Assembly (NCBI RefSeq): GCF_963921235.1
Contig: NC_086097.1
Coordinates: forward strand, 195,798,001-195,862,000
Origin: Mobula hypostoma
Lineage: Eukaryota
Length of the DNA: 64,000 bases
Direction: 5' to 3'
Shown here piece after piece: positions 24,311 to 38,261 of this stretch. Positions within the stretch are counted from its first letter, which is position 1. Every line of letters begins with the position of its first letter. Position numbers and translations under genes: made by a program. The notes beneath the pieces were generated by a model. That model searched no databases, had not been told where the DNA came from, and was given only the letters and a program-made list of their open reading frames with translations.

Positions 24311-25361
24311 TATGTATTCTTGGACAAGCCAAATCTTCTCAGTTGCCTAAGAAAGCTCTTTCTTGATCCAGGTGTCAATGCCAACCACCTGTACAGCAGC
24401 TCCCTAGATGAAGACAGGGTTGAGCTCACTAGCACCACGATCAGCCATCCCCTCCCAAACCCAGATCCCCTTCCTTAGGTCAACAATCAGCTCTTCCCTC
24501 CTGTTATGTCAATGTTGTTTTTGTGCCTTGATGAAAGGTTCCGGATCTCTCTCCTTAATTCTAAATCATCACTGGATTGATCCAGCCTAGTTTTATTGAC
24601 AAACTTAAAGATCAGGTATGTCAGAAATATGGTGATTGAGAGAAAACATTTAAGAAGCATCTGAACGAGCAGAGCACAGAGGATATGAAATTCATCTTGG
24701 CAAATGGGATTAGTATCATCAGGAATGATAATTGGTATAGCGTTGTGGGGCAGCTTCTATGTTTCTAAGCAGTACAGCTCATTGACTCTGTGATTCTGTG
24801 ATTCTATGATAGGGTGGTATTTAGCCAGCTGTGACTTGACCTGTTCTTTGTTCCCCACAGTTTGATGGACTAGACCAGCTTGGCTAGAGGTATAGCTGGT
24901 TTGAGAGTACAAATCTTCAGTACTATTCCTTGTGTGATCCCTTAGCATTTTCTAGACCCAGTGCCCTCAACTGTTTTTTTGATATCTCAAGAACTGAATC
25001 AAATTGGCTGAAGACTCATCTATGATGTTGAGAATATAAGGTGTAAGATGGAAGTTAAAATGGACGATATATTTGACACTTCAGGCTGAACATGGTTGCA
25101 TAAGTTTCAACCCTCCAACCTTTGTCTTCATATTCACTCTTGGACCCTCTTCCTCCTATTGTCCATCATTTGTGATTAGATCAGATAGGACTGCAAAGCT
25201 TTGATATGATCTGCTAGGTTTTATATCACTTTGCTCTATCCATTGCTTGCTAGTTTGCAGTTAGGCACACATGCAAACTTGTGCTGTGACTTCGTCAGGT
25301 TAGCACCACATTTTAGTATACTTGGTGTTCTACTGCATTCCTCATTGAACTCAGTTTGTTC

Positions 25362-26085
25362 CATAGAAACACAGAAAACCTACAGCACAATACAGGCCCT
25401 TCAGCCCACAAAGTTGTGCCGAACATGTTCCTACCTTAGAAATTACTAGGCTTACCCATAGCCCTCTATTTTTCTAAGCTCCATGTACCTATCCAAAAGT
25501 CTCTTCAAAGACCCTATTGTATCCTCCTCCACCACCTTTGCCGGCAGCCTATTCCATGCACTCACCACTCTCTGAGTAAAAAACTTACCCCTGACATCTC
25601 CTCTGTACCTACTCCCCAGCACCTTAAACCTGTGTCCTCTTGTGGCAACCATTTCAGCCCTGGGAAAAAGCCTCTGACTATCCACACGATCAATGCCTTT
25701 CGTCATCTTATACACCTCTATCAGATCACCTCTCATCCTCTGTCGCTCCAAGGAGAAAAGGCCGAGTTCACTCAACCTGTTTTCATGAGGCATGCTCCCC
25801 AATCCAGGCAACATCCTTGTAAATCTCCTCTGCACCCTTTCTACGGCTTCCACATCCTTCCTCCAGTGAGACGACCAGAACTGAGCACGGTACTCTAAAT
25901 GGGGTCTGACCAGAGTCCTATATAGCTGCAACATTACCTCTTGGCTCCTAAATTCAATTCCATGATTAATGAAGTCCAATGCACCGTATGCCTTCTTAAC
26001 CACAGAGTCAACCTGTACAGCTGCTTTGAGCGTCCTATGGACTCGGACTCTGATCCTCCACACTACCAAGAGTCTTACCATTAAT
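25362..26085 (-). mobile_element. CR1 LINE 3' fragment
   Basis: ORF 25452-26096 (LYRTLVRPHLEYRAQFWS...FFTQRVVSAWNRLP). Closely similar to 10905-11533. Confidence 0.92.
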
Positions 26086-26715
26086 ACTTCCACCAATTAG
26101 ATGGCAATGATAGAGTCAGATGTGAGGTTACAGATTGTGATTTCTGTTGCTGATAATGATCCACAGCTTCAATATTGTAATATTGGTTCAATGTTGAGTA
26201 CTGCCAGGGCTATTCCCTGCTACCTGCAACCTGCCACCATTGTTCTATCATATGGCAGATCAGTCATACTAGCAAAGTCGAAGATATTCCTAAGCATGGC
26301 GTGGTGGGGTGGGGGGGGGTTGTCTAGCACCTTATCTGTAAGGTATGATTCTGTAAACTTCACAATGTCGGTTGCTTGACTGAGAAAGACTTTGATAAAT
26401 TGCTTTGGCTGGGAACGACTTAGCTGTGCATAAATTCAATGTCTAGATAATTATTTTCTCTGTTTCAGTTTTGCAGGTAGTGTTCAACTGAGTTGCTGTA
26501 AGGATAATTCAGAGGGCATTGAAGAGTCAGTCAAACTGGAGAAAAAGTATCAGACAAGAATGGGAAATTTCCTAGCAATGGGTTTTCACAACATTCCTTC
26601 TTGTGATATTACCAACAATGACCAGGATTTGTTTAAAAATCCAGATTAGTCATTAAAGTTCCACATCTGTCATTGTAGGTTTAGATTTTGGGTCTCTGCA
26701 TTGTTTTAAAGGTTT

Positions 26716-27520
26716 CTAAGGTACATTTAATGTCAGAGAAATGTATACAATATACATCCTGAAATGCTTTTTCTTCACAACCATCCACGAAAACAGAGAG
26801 GTGCCCCCAAAGAATGAACAACAGTTAAATGTTAGAACCCCAAAGTTCCCCCCAGCTCCCATTCCTCCTGAACATAAGCGGCAGCAAGCAACAATCCCCC
26901 TCTCCCCACCGGCAAAAAAAAGCGTCGGCACCTGCCACCAAGCATTCAAGCATGAGCAAGGCAACAGCAAAGACACAGACTTGCAGTACTCCAAATAGTG
27001 TATTGTTCACCCAGCATTCGACATAACACAGGTTCTCTCTCTCCCTAATAAGGGAGAAAGAGGTGTCTCCATTTCACAGCGAAAGGGGAGGCATAATAAA
27101 CAACTCGCTGGTTTACAACTTTAAAAGTCCATTGCATCGCTTTTTCTGAGCTCTGTGCCCAAAGATCTCGGGTCTCTAAGCACACAGCCTTAGATCTTCC
27201 ATCTCCCATAACACACCGGTCTTATGCTCGGACACCGAACTCCGACCGCCCCATCTCCAGAGCCACGAAAACTCGGTCCTCCAAAGGCGAGGGGAGCCCT
27301 TAGGCTGAGCCCTTGGTGTGCCAAACAACGGCCAGTTATGAAACCCCGAGAGCAAGTCCCATTCCCACAAAAAACCGTAGTCAGCGTGTAACTCCAGGTC
27401 AGGGTCTTCAAAAGAACCCTGAAAGGAAAAAATAGAGATATTAAAGATGGAAGTAGAGCTGTTTCCAAAGATGCAAGCAAAGGAGTCATCATTAGGTGCC
27501 ATTAACCCTCCAAAGCTCCA
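26716..27520 (-). repeat. Unclassified interspersed repeat (probable non-autonomous retroelement)
   Basis: Sharp GC/CpG-richer block in AT-rich flanks, ending on the minus strand in CATTAAATGTACCTT. No recognisable protein. Confidence 0.4.
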
Positions 27521-27571
27521 CCTTCTTCTTGTTATTCCAATAATTTAATATTTGCTACCATTCAACAAGTA

Positions 27572-27828
27572 TTTGGGAAAAACTTCTTCACACAGAGAGT
27601 GGTGAATCTGTGGAATTCTCTGCCACAGGAAACAGTTGAGGCCAGTTCATTGGCTATATTTAAGAGGGAGTTAGATATGGCTCTTGTGGCTAAAGGGATC
27701 AGGGGGCATGAAGGGAAGGCTGGTACAGGGTTCTGAGTTGGATGATCAGCCATGATCATACTGAATGGTGGTGCAGGCTCGAAGGGCCAAATGGCCTACT
27801 CCTGCACCTATTTTCTATGTTTCTATGC
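27572..27828 (+). mobile_element. CR1 3' fragment
   Basis: NFFTQRVVNLWNSLPQETVEA, with a TTTCTATGTTTCTATG tail. Confidence 0.85.
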
Positions 27829-28455
27829 TTCAGTATATTCAAAGCTATAATAGTGTTTTTTCCCCATGCATCCATTCAGCCTGTTCCATGATAATCCATT
27901 CTATTTTCTTCATGATTATATATCTCGATCAAAATCAGCAAGGTTCATACTAATATATTAAATTTGGTTTCACTTTTGCCCATGAGTGTTTATGGTGGTT
28001 AATTGGATGGCAGTTAATTGGCTGTTTTGTCCTCAATGTAGTAATGTGTCTTCAGAGTTGTTGGACTTGAATTCATCCATAGAAGTAGAATATTCTTTCA
28101 CATTCAGACTTACATCTTCTTGAGGATAAAATGTTTTGAGGTGTCAGCAAGTGATTTTCTCATCCCAGAATAAATATTCTGTGACCTGTACTTGTAGTCA
28201 TGGCAAAGTGGCAATTCCAGACTAAACTTGAATCAATGAAGGATGCTCGATAGCTGTGGCAGGGCTTGAATGCTATCACCTCTTTCAAAGTGAAATCACG
28301 CAACATGGGTGACAACAGGGCTTCACTTCTAAATGAGCTTAATGCATTCTACACTCACTTTGACTGTCAAAACATGGAAGAACCATCGTGAATTCCCACA
28401 GCCCCTGATGATCCTGTGATTTCAGTCTCGGAGGCCAACATGAGAACATCCTTCA

Positions 28456-29637
28456 ATTCAAAATTCAAAGTTCAAAGTTCAATATTCTTTTCTCATCAAA
28501 ATATGTATACTATCATACAGATCATACAGATCACCACAGGAGCCCGTGCAGCTGAAGTCAGGCGCATCATCGAGCCACAACGAAAGCGTACTGTGCGCAA
28601 GGCCCGAGCAGCATCCACTTCCACGACAGCACCCACCCACTTGTGTCCCACATGTGGGCGAGCCTTCAGGGCAAGGATTGGCCTCATCAGTCACCTCCGG
28701 GCCCACACCCACCAATCTCCCATTTGACTTTGAAGCCATGGTCATCTTCGACTACGAAGGACGAACAACAACAACAACAACACAACTATATACAGCCTTG
28801 AGATTTATCGCCCTACAGTCTGTGACAAAACAAAGAAATCCAATAAAATCCATTTTAAAAAGTCCATCAAACACACAATGTGCAGAAAAAACAAATTGAG
28901 CAAATAATAAAAATAAGCAAATAACATTCAAAACTGAAGTTCATGAAAGTGAGTCTACCCCCTCAAACTTAATCACAGCCGATCTAGGAGCCCATTAGCT
29001 GTAGGCCACAGTTCACCTCAGAGACGAGTAAACCTCCTGGACAGCAAGCTGAACAACGGCCCGTCCCTGGCCTCTGGTCCCAACAACCTGACTTTTTCGA
29101 TCTGGTCCAGCGCTTAAATTAACCCAACAGTAGGTCGTTACTCCCTCTTGGACCCAGGCCCAACCATTTCCGTGCACACTTAGGCCCGGGACCCGTTAGC
29201 TCAATTCAACTTGTATCTAACCTTTCCAGTCTGACCCGGCACTTAAATTAGTCAAACGTCAGTTTGTTCCTCTCTCTCGGGCCCACACCCCACTGCCTTG
29301 GCTCTGCCTTGTCTCGGTTCTGCCACTTGGAATCGCCTTCAAGTCTGCTCCAGCAACCAAAATTTGCCTTGATTCCTGCTCTTGTGCACAGGCCTTGCTG
29401 CCTCGATTTGGCCCGGTCACACCATGCCACAACAGTCCTTCACTTTTGAGACTTCAGTTCACACCGCCAAAATGCCAGGTCATGCAGGCAGTTCTAAAGC
29501 TCTACTCCAAAAGTACTGATTGTAGTGATCGTTCACAAGAAAAAAGTATTTGTAATAAAGTAGCTTGTAGTTTTGTTTGTTGCCAACAAGTCGTCACTAT
29601 GTTTCACTGGAATAACCTTCAACCAGAACTAAACTGG
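28456..29637 (-). repeat. Unclassified insert with (TTGAAC/T)n tail, probably a non-autonomous retroelement
   Basis: TTCAAAGTTCAAAGTTCAA microsatellite at the left end. Bounded by the CTTCA duplication in the host Rex1-like copy. Confidence 0.5.
28530..28783 (+). mobile_element. RTE-clade LINE 3' end with C2H2 zinc finger and (CAA)n tail
   Basis: HLCPTCGRAFRARIGLISHLRAH, then a short 3' UTR and ACAACAACAACAACAAC. Confidence 0.8.
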
Positions 29638-30094
29638 CTTCAGGAGGATGAATCCACAAAAAGCATCCAGCCCAAACGGGATACCTGACTGAGTACTAAA
29701 GACCTGTGCTGATCAACAGGCTGGAGTGTTCACTGAGATCTTTAACCTCGCACTTTGGCAGTCTGAGGTACCTACCTGCTTCAAACAGGCTTCAATCATA
29801 CTGGTGCCTCAGAAAACCATGGTAACCTTCCTCAATAACAATCATCCAGTAACACTTACATCCACTGCGATGAAGTGCTTTGAGAGGTTGGAGATGAAAC
29901 ATATCAACTCCTACCTAAGAAACGATTGGTCCACTCCAATTTGCCTACCATCACAATAGGTCAACAGCAGATGCCATTTCATCGGCTCTTCACTCAACCC
30001 TTGAACTTCAGGACAGCAAAGGTGCATGCGTCATGATGCTCTTTATTGACTACAGCTTGGCATTGAATACTATTATTCCCTCAAAATTAATCAA

Positions 30095-30412
30095 GTGTTC
30101 AAGATCATTAAGGGTATAAGTAAAGTGGATGCCAGCTGCTACTTCAAAATTAATCCATCATCAAGGACACAGGACCATAGGTGGAGACTGGTTGAAGGGA
30201 GATTTCGGACTAACATCAGGAAGCATTTCTTTACACACAAGTTGTGCAGTATTCACATGGACCAAACTACCTAGTTGTGTAGTTGAGAGAGCACCTTAGA
30301 GACTTTCAAATCTAAACTCGATAGGTATTTCAATACAGTACCTGAATAGGAATTTGGCAAGCTCTGTTGGGCTGAATGGCCTGCTTTTGTCAAAAACGTT
30401 CTAATGTTCTAA
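30095..30412 (+). mobile_element. Divergent CR1-like 3' fragment
   Basis: VFKIIKGISKVD...RFRTNIRKHFFT, with a TTCTAATGTTCTAA tail. Confidence 0.7.
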
Positions 30413-32530
30413 TAATAAAAAAACTGTAAATAACAGTAAATACATATATACAGTATAGTTAAAAAATTAAATAAGTGGTACAAAAAAGAAAAAAATAGAG
30501 AGGTAGTGTTCATGGGTTTATTGTTCATTCAGAAATCTGATGGCGGAGAGGAAGAAGCTGTTCCTGATTCACTGAGTGTGTGTCTTCAGGCTCCTCTACC
30601 TCCTCCCTGATGGTAGCAATGAAAAGAGGTCATGTCCTATGTGATAGGGGTCCTTAATGATGGCATCACTCCTTGAAGATGTCCTGGATGCTTGGGGGGC
30701 TAGTGCTCATAAGGGAGCTGACCGAGTTCACAACCTTCTGGTTTAATTTGATCCAGTGCAGCTCCCCATTCCCCATACCAGATGATAATGAAGCCAGTTA
30801 GAATGTTTTCCACGGTACATCTGTAGAAATTTGCAAGTGTCTTTGGTGACATACCAAATCTCCACAAACTCCTAACAAGACGTCGTGCTTTCTTTGTAAC
30901 TGCATTGGCATGTTGAGGCCAGGATAGATCCTCAGAGTTATTGACACCCAGGAACTTGAAACTATTCACTCTCTCCTCTTCTGATTCCTCTGTGAGGACT
31001 GGCATGTCTTCCCTCATCCTGCCCTTTCTGAAGTACACAATCAGATCTTTGGTTTTACTGACGTTGTGCGCAAGGTTGTTGCTGTGCTACCACTCAGCCA
31101 GCTGATCTATTTCACTCCTGTATGCCTTCTTGTCACCTTCTGAAATTTTATCAACAACAGCTGTGTAGTCAGCAAGTTTATAGTTGGTATTTGAGCTGTG
31201 CCTAGCCACACAGTCATTGATATGGAGAGAATAGAGCAGCGGGCTAAGCACACATCCTTAAGGTGTGCCAGTGTTGATTATTAGCACAGTGGAAATGTTA
31301 TTTCCGATCTGTACAGACTGTGCTCTTCCCGTGAGGAAGCTGAAGATCCAATTGCGGAAGCAGGTACAAAGGCCCCATTTTTGGAGCTTTTCACTCAGAA
31401 ATGTGGGAATGATTGTGTTAAACGCGAGCTGTAGCCAATAAACAGCAATCTGACATAAGTATTAGTATTGTGCAGGTGAGCCAAGGCCACATGAAGAGCC
31501 AATGAGATCACATCTGTTGTAGCCCTATTGCAGCGATAGTCAAGCGCAGTGGGTGTAGGTGCTTGCTAAGGCAGGAGATGATTCCCGCCATAACCAACCT
31601 CACAAAACACTTCATCACTGTACGAGTAGACATGATTGTTACTGGATGATAGTCATTGAGGCAGCTCACGCTGCTCTTCTTGGGCACTTGTTTGCCTTAT
31701 GAAACAGTTGGAAATTTCAGAATGTAGCAGGGAGAGATTGAAAAAGTCTTTGAACACATCTGCCAATTTTCAGAGCCCTACCAGATACACCATCAGGGCC
31801 TGTCGCCTTGCAAGGGTTCATCCTCTTGAAAGATGTTCTGACGACAGCCTCAGAGACAAAGATCACATGGTCAGCGGATGCTGCAGGGATCCTCATAGCT
31901 GTAGTTTTATTCTCCCTTTCAAAGTGTGCATAAAAGCCATTGAGCTCATCTGGGAGTGAAGCATCACTCCCATTCATGATATTAGGTTTCGCTTTGTAGA
32001 AAGTAATGGCATCCAAACTCTACCAGAGTTGATGTGCTTCCGATTCCACCTCTAACCTCAATTGGAATTGCTCTTGAGATAGCCCTTCGTAAGTCGTACC
32101 TGGCCTTCTTGTATAGTCCTGGATCACCAGGCTTAAATGCCACAGATCGAGCCCTCAGCAGACTACGAATCTATTGGTTCATCCACAGCTTTTGATTTGG
32201 GTATGTACAGTATGTTCTCGTAGGCACACACTCACCCAGACAGGTTTTAATGAAGTCAGTGACAACTGTGGATTACTCATTCAGACATGAAGATGAATCC
32301 CTGAATACAGTGTGGTTCATTGACTCATAGCAGTCCCGTAAGCGCTCCTCGGCCTCCCTTGTTCATACCCCCTTGGTCCTCTTTACTGCTGTTGCAGCCT
32401 TCAGTCTCTGTGTGTACTCAGCTGTAGAGGTACAGCCAGGTGATCAGATGTCCATGGGATGGCACGGTAGGTGTTCTTGATGGTGGTATAACAGTGGTCC
32501 AGTGTGTTAGCTCCTCTGGTTCCACAAGTG
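30413..32530 (-). mobile_element. Rex1/Babar-like LINE, long degraded copy
   Basis: ORF 31717-32016 (ASLPDELNGFYAHFE...KATGPDGVSGRALK) and ORF 30700-31038 (FKFLGV...FYRCTVENILTG). Confidence 0.85.
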
Positions 32531-32594
32531 ATATATAAAAGTAAATGTTAGTATGTATACATTATACAACCTTGATATTTGTCCCCCAGACCAG

Positions 32595-32890
32595 AAGACA
32601 AGCATTTAAGGTGAGAGTAGAAAAGTCTAAAGGAGATGTGTCGGTAGGTTTTTTACGGAGAGAACGGTAGGTGGCTTGGAACAAGCTGCTGAGGTGGTGA
32701 GGAAACAGATACAATAGTGGCATTTAAGAGGCTAGTAGAGGCACACATGAATATACAGGAATGAAGGGCTGTGGAATATGTACAGGCAGAAGAGAGTTAG
32801 CTTAATTCAGCCTCATCTACAGAGAATAAATTAAGGCCTAACGGCCTGTTCCTGTGTTATTCTGTTCTGTTCTACAGTCTGTGTTCGATA
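32595..32890 (+). mobile_element. Degraded CR1 3' fragment
   Basis: TTTAAGGTGAGAG...TTTTTAC...GGCCTGTTCCTGTG and a TGTTC tail. Confidence 0.65.
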
Positions 32891-33792
32891 TTCCATCATC
32901 CATGAACAATAAGGGCTGCTCTTCTCCTCCAAATCCTCCCCCAAGAAAAGTAAAATTTAGAATCAAATTATAGCACCAGTTCACTTATTAGTTAACATTA
33001 TAGTAAAAATAAGGAAGAATTAATCATAGGTGAGATTACAACTAATATAGAAGCCAGATCCTAAAACTACATTGATTCACATATGGTTGATTAATACTTC
33101 TAACCGAGCTGAAAAAATTAAATTAAATTAATTCAGTTGACACTGCTAAAACTGTTTTTTCCATAAATGTTAAATTAACGGAGTTTAAAAATATCAGATA
33201 AACGTCTATAATTTAAGTGAGATTTTGAATGAGTAATGTATAAGGTTAACTACATGTAAAGTGACTGATTAGATGTTAATAATGCACATCATGTAAATAA
33301 GGTTCTACATCATGTTCTCAGCGAAGAAAGAGTTCATATTTTATGTCTTTTGTCAGTTAGCTGTCATCAAAATATCTGTCTAAAACATTAAATCTGTGTG
33401 TGTTTATGAAAGGGATAATCACGATCTAAAGGACTTCCCATTTATAAAGTTTGAAATCTAATTAGATCCCTGGGGAATATTATTCAGTGCTCCAGAAAAA
33501 AAATGTACAAGATATCAATAAAAACAATATATAAAGGTCACATCAGAAAATCTCGAAACTAGTTAGCTAGTTACGTACTGCAAAGTAATAGAAATTCCTG
33601 ATATTGAGTAAATATTCAATAATTGAGTAAAAGTGCTCCACATACCAATTGTATTTCCACAATAAAATGACATTTTTTGCATCCTTTCCTCGTTGAGCCA
33701 CCAGTGTACATCATTTTTAAAAATGCCTTACATAGAGTAAAAAGGTGTTCGAATAAGTTTCAAGCAAGCAATGAAACATATTAGAAACCATC

Positions 33793-34556
33793 ATCAGAAT
33801 CAAAATCAGAACCAGGTTTAATGTCACCAGCATATGACGTAAAATATGGTAACTTTGTGGCAGCAGTACAGTGCAATACATGATAAATATAGAAAAAATG
33901 TAAATAAATGAATTATAGTAACTATATATATATATGTACTGTATATTAAATAATTAAAAGTAGTTTAAAAACAGAAATAATAAAAAGTGAGTTAGTTTCA
34001 TGGGTTTAATGTCCATTTAGGAATTGGATGGCAGAGAGGAAGAAGCTGTCCCTGTATCATTGAGTGTGTACCTTCAGGCTTCTGTACCCCCTCCCTGACA
34101 GTAACAATGAGAAGAGGGCATGTCCTGGGTGATGGGGGTCCTTAATAATGGACGCCGCCTTTCTGAGGCACCACTCCTTGAAGGTGTCTTGGATACTACA
34201 GAGGCTAGTTCCCATGATGGAGCTGACTAACTTTACAACCTTCTGTAGCTTCTTTCAATCCTGTGCACTAGCCTCCCACACCACCACCACCCCCCCCCCA
34301 CATAACAGACAGTGATGCAGCCAGTCAGAATGCTCTCCAGAACACATCTGTAGATGTTTTCGAGTGTTGTAGGTGACAAAAACATCTCAAACTCCTAATG
34401 AAATAAAACTGCTGTCTTGCCTTCTTTATAGCTGCATTGACATGTTGGGACCAGGTTAGAACCTCAGATATTGACCCCCCAGGAACCTGAAATTGCTCAC
34501 TCTCTTCACTTCTGAAACCTCTATAGGCATTGGTTCATAGTTCCTCATCTTACCCT
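33793..34556 (-). mobile_element. Rex1/Babar-like 3' fragment
   Basis: Starts with the reverse-complement (GATTCT)n tail TCAGAATCAAAATCAGAA. Collinear with 2444-3001. Confidence 0.85.
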
Positions 34557-35349
34557 TGTTCGATTCTTACTACATATCCATTTCTTTGAACAATAAATGA
34601 AGAACTCCTTAAAAGTTCTATTTAGTTTTAGTTTTACTTGAATGAGACTATTGTTAAGCTTAAAGGAAGCAGTTCTGAGGCATTTTATGATTCTCATCAC
34701 TGATTTCTCCAAAAGACCATCAGTCTTCCAATAGTCTCAAGCCTTTCTTTCCCCATTGACACACGATATGCTCCCTGTTCTTTATTCTACAAGTTTCGTG
34801 AAGAATGTTCAGTTGCTGCCTGTGTATTATCATCTTTCTTTGTTAGGCTTCTACAGGTAAAGGAACATATTCAGTTAGAGTTACCAAGATTGCTTGATTC
34901 CAAGGAGTATACAGTACGTCTGAAGAATGAAACCAATACAAAATGTTCACGTGTTGGCTCAGATTGAAATTGTATTCTGTGACAGAATTTTGTCACATAC
35001 TAGTGCAAGTTATATGCCTTGGCTGTGATAGTCAAAGCAAGGTTAAGAATATTTACATAGAAGTTTATCTCTAGCCAGTTGTGCTAAACATTTACCAGTA
35101 GTGGCTAACTGTCCTGCTCCATTTCCAAATAGCAATTCCATTGGAGGCAGCTTAAAGAATGCAAGGAAAAGGTAAGTAAATTTATAGCATAGGTGTGAAA
35201 TAGGAGGAGCCAGACCAAGCTGTAGGAGCAAAACACAAACTGGTGGATGAAGTCAACAGGTCAAACACTGTAGCTGCAGAGACAAATGGATACTTCACAC
35301 TTCAGGATGAGGCCCTGCTTCGGGACTGAGGGTGTAGAGAAGAAAAGGC

Positions 35350-35860
35350 CATGATAAGTCCATTGGACAATGAGGTAGCAGAATTAAGCCATTCAGCTCC
35401 AGTCTGCATTGCGAATCCATCATGGCTGATTTATTATACCTCTCAATGCCATTCTGTGCCTTCTTCCCACAACCTTTCATGCCCTTACTAATCAAGTACT
35501 TATCAAACATTGCTTTAAATGTATCCAGTAGCTTGGCCTCCACAGCCACCTGTGGCAATGAATTCCAGATTCACCACCCTCTGACTAAAGAAATTCCTCC
35601 TCATCTCTGTTCTGACGAGTCGTGCTTCTATTCTGAGGCTGTTCCCTCTTCTCTTAGACTTCACCATCTCCAAATCCACACTATTGAGGTGTTATAACAT
35701 TTGATAGGTTTCAGTGAGATCACCACTCACCCTTCTAAGCTCCAGCGAGCACAGGCCCAGAGCCATCAAACGCTTCTCAAACATTAGCCTTTCAATTCCC
35801 AGGATCATTCTTTTGAACCTCCTCTGGACCCTCTCAAATGCCAGCATATTCTTTCTTAGA
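35350..35860 (-). mobile_element. CR1 3' fragment
   Basis: ERVQRRFKRMILG...LELRRVSGDLTETYQML and VAVEAKLLDTFKA. Confidence 0.8.
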
Positions 35861-36130
35861 TCATCATCATCAGATGCCATGCCCATATTGAGCTTTGACT
35901 GCCATGGCTTACACACTCCCTACCATCAGAACTAACTCTGCTATACGAAGACTCAGTCCCTCTGACAATGGTGTCAAACTCACCCGAAGAATCAGGATCT
36001 CTTGGAACAGAACTATCTATGTCCCCAGTGGTCTGGAGACAGACCATCCTACAGACTCACAGCAACTGCAAGGCCAGAAACTGGGTCAGCAATCAGATTT
36101 GGAGTGCTGCCTCCCAGCCGGCAGGCAAGT
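35860..36130 (-). mobile_element. Possible RTE-like 3' end with (GAT)n tail
   Basis: Minus strand ends ...GGCATGGCATCTGATGATGATGA. Protein similarity is weak. Confidence 0.4.
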
Positions 36131-37630
36131 GCACCAACAAGACTGACTGCTAGAAGAGGTAAGCAAGGAAAGCTCATCAAGTGGTGAATCAAAACTCCAT
36201 ACCATTCCAAAAAAAACAGGTAAGAATCCACTGACCCTACTGGCTTAACTTGGCCTATACATCTCCTAATTTTGTGTGGAAGTGGGCTGCAAGAGTCTAA
36301 AAAATACTGAAATTATCCTCAATGAATGCAACTAAGAGTGTAATGTGAAAAAGTAATGTAATTTTGCCATATCATTACCACAACTTTCTTGTTCAAAGGT
36401 GCCACCAAAGATAGTGTAGAAAATGGCATGGCTTTCCAATGGCACCAACTACCATTCCCATTCCCACAGCCACCTGCCTGAGAAGCTTTGAAAAGCTGGA
36501 GTTAGACCTGTGGAAAACACCGCTTTGAATTCTGAAGACAATTTTTTATATGTGGATAATCCATTAGCATTCAGATTTTCAGTCTCTCTTTGCCTGAAGC
36601 TGATCTTAAAAAAAAGGTAATTGATTTATTTGTGAAAGTCACTTAGAAATTTAAGCGTAATGCTATAATTATGCATGACCTCAGAGTGAAAAAAATATTC
36701 AGGTTCTTGTCAGTCAGAATTTAAATAGGAAAGGTGAAGATGATTATTATTTTAAAATAACATAATTTAATTAACCCAAATTAATGATACTTATTCATAT
36801 GCAATGATCCTTCATGGAGAAGATGAGGCATAATCTTACACGAGTCCACTTACTCACTTGCATATACTGCATTTGTTTTGAAAAGGTAGATCAACCGTCT
36901 CTTGGAATAATCAACTGATACGAAGGATTATGTGGTGGAGGAATACAGTACACAACTGATATGAAGGATTACATTTATTCTGTCATGGAAGAATACAGTA
37001 CACAAGCAAGCCCTTCAGTTGATGATGTCACTCACAATCGTGATGCCATTTTAAACTAATCCCATCTGCCCAGACATGGTCTATATCTTTCCATCTGCTA
37101 AAACTTCATGTGCGGTCTAAATGACTCTTAAATGTCAGTTTTGCGCCTGCTTACAGCATGACCTCTGACAACGCACTCCGGGCACTTGCTGCACTGTTTA
37201 AAAATATCTTGCCTCGTGTAACTTGGTTGAACTTTCACCTCTCACCTTAACTTTATGCTCTTTAGTATTAAGTATTTCCGCCCTGGGAAAACAACTCTGA
37301 CTATGGTTCTCATGTCAATGCCAATGTAATGCTTTTAGCAGTGTGTTATCGACAGTGCTCTAGCTTGACTGATTCCAATAGAGAGGGTGAACCAGATTAA
37401 TATGAAATCAACATATGTTAGAGTTGCTTGTTAATTCAGCTGCCTAATGGCAATTGGGTCTGTGACCTACACTGTAAGTTTCTCTCAAAATAGAATTCAT
37501 CGAAAATAATTTTAATAATATTTATAAGGATATTGATTGCTAACATTTGATTTTCTTTACAAGCTGATTTATTTTCTTCCTACTTTAATTTAATTTTAAC
37601 TAATGTAATCAGAACGAAGAATATTTTAAG

Positions 37631-38100
37631 CAACACACACACACGAAGTGCTGGAGGAACTCAGCAGGCCAGGCAGCATCTATGGAAAAGAGTACAGTCG
37701 ATATTTCAGGCCGAGACCCTGCATCAGGACTGGAAAGAAAGAGGAGTAGTCAGAGTAAGAAGGTGGGGGGGGGAGGTGGAGGGGAGGAAAAACCACAAGG
37801 TAATAGGTGAAACCAAGAAGGGGGTGGAGGGGTGAAGTAAAGAGCTAGGGAGTTGATTGGTGAAAGAGATACAGGGCTGGAGAAGGGGGAATCTGATAGG
37901 AGAGGACAGAAGGCCACGGAAGAAAGACAAGGGGGAGGAGCACCAGGGGGAGTTAATAAGCAGTTAAGGTGAACGAGGGAAATGGGAATGAGGAATGGTG
38001 AAGGAGAGGGTGGGGAAGGGGGGGTATTACCGGATGTTTGAGAAATCGATGTTCATGCCATCAGGTTGGAGACTACCCAGACAGAATATAACATGTTTTT
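37631..38100 (-). mobile_element. Penelope-like 3' end / pseudo-LTR with degenerate hammerhead motif
   Basis: Collinear with 50733-51165 (LIFCLGSLQPDGMNIDFSN end and the GCTGCCTGGCCTGCTGAG tail). Confidence 0.85.
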
Positions 38101-38261
38101 CTTCGAAGCAACTTCCAGAGTGAGGTTCTCTTCAAGAGATAGGTATGAGGAGGTGTCTGAGAGCTGACGCCTGGCCTCAGCAAGGTAGAGGTCAGTGTGC
38201 CACACTACAACAGCACCCCATTTGTTGCCTGAGGTATTGGAATTGGATTTGGTTTATTTAT

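Larger units (their letters stand above)
28270..30092 (+). mobile_element. Rex1/Babar-like RT fragment (28270-28455 plus 29638-30092) split by a 1.2-kb insert
   Basis: ASLLNELNAFY, FTEIFNLALWQSEVPTCFK, PVTLTSTAMKCFERL. Candidate TSD CTTCA at 28451-28455 and 29638-29642. Confidence 0.75.
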
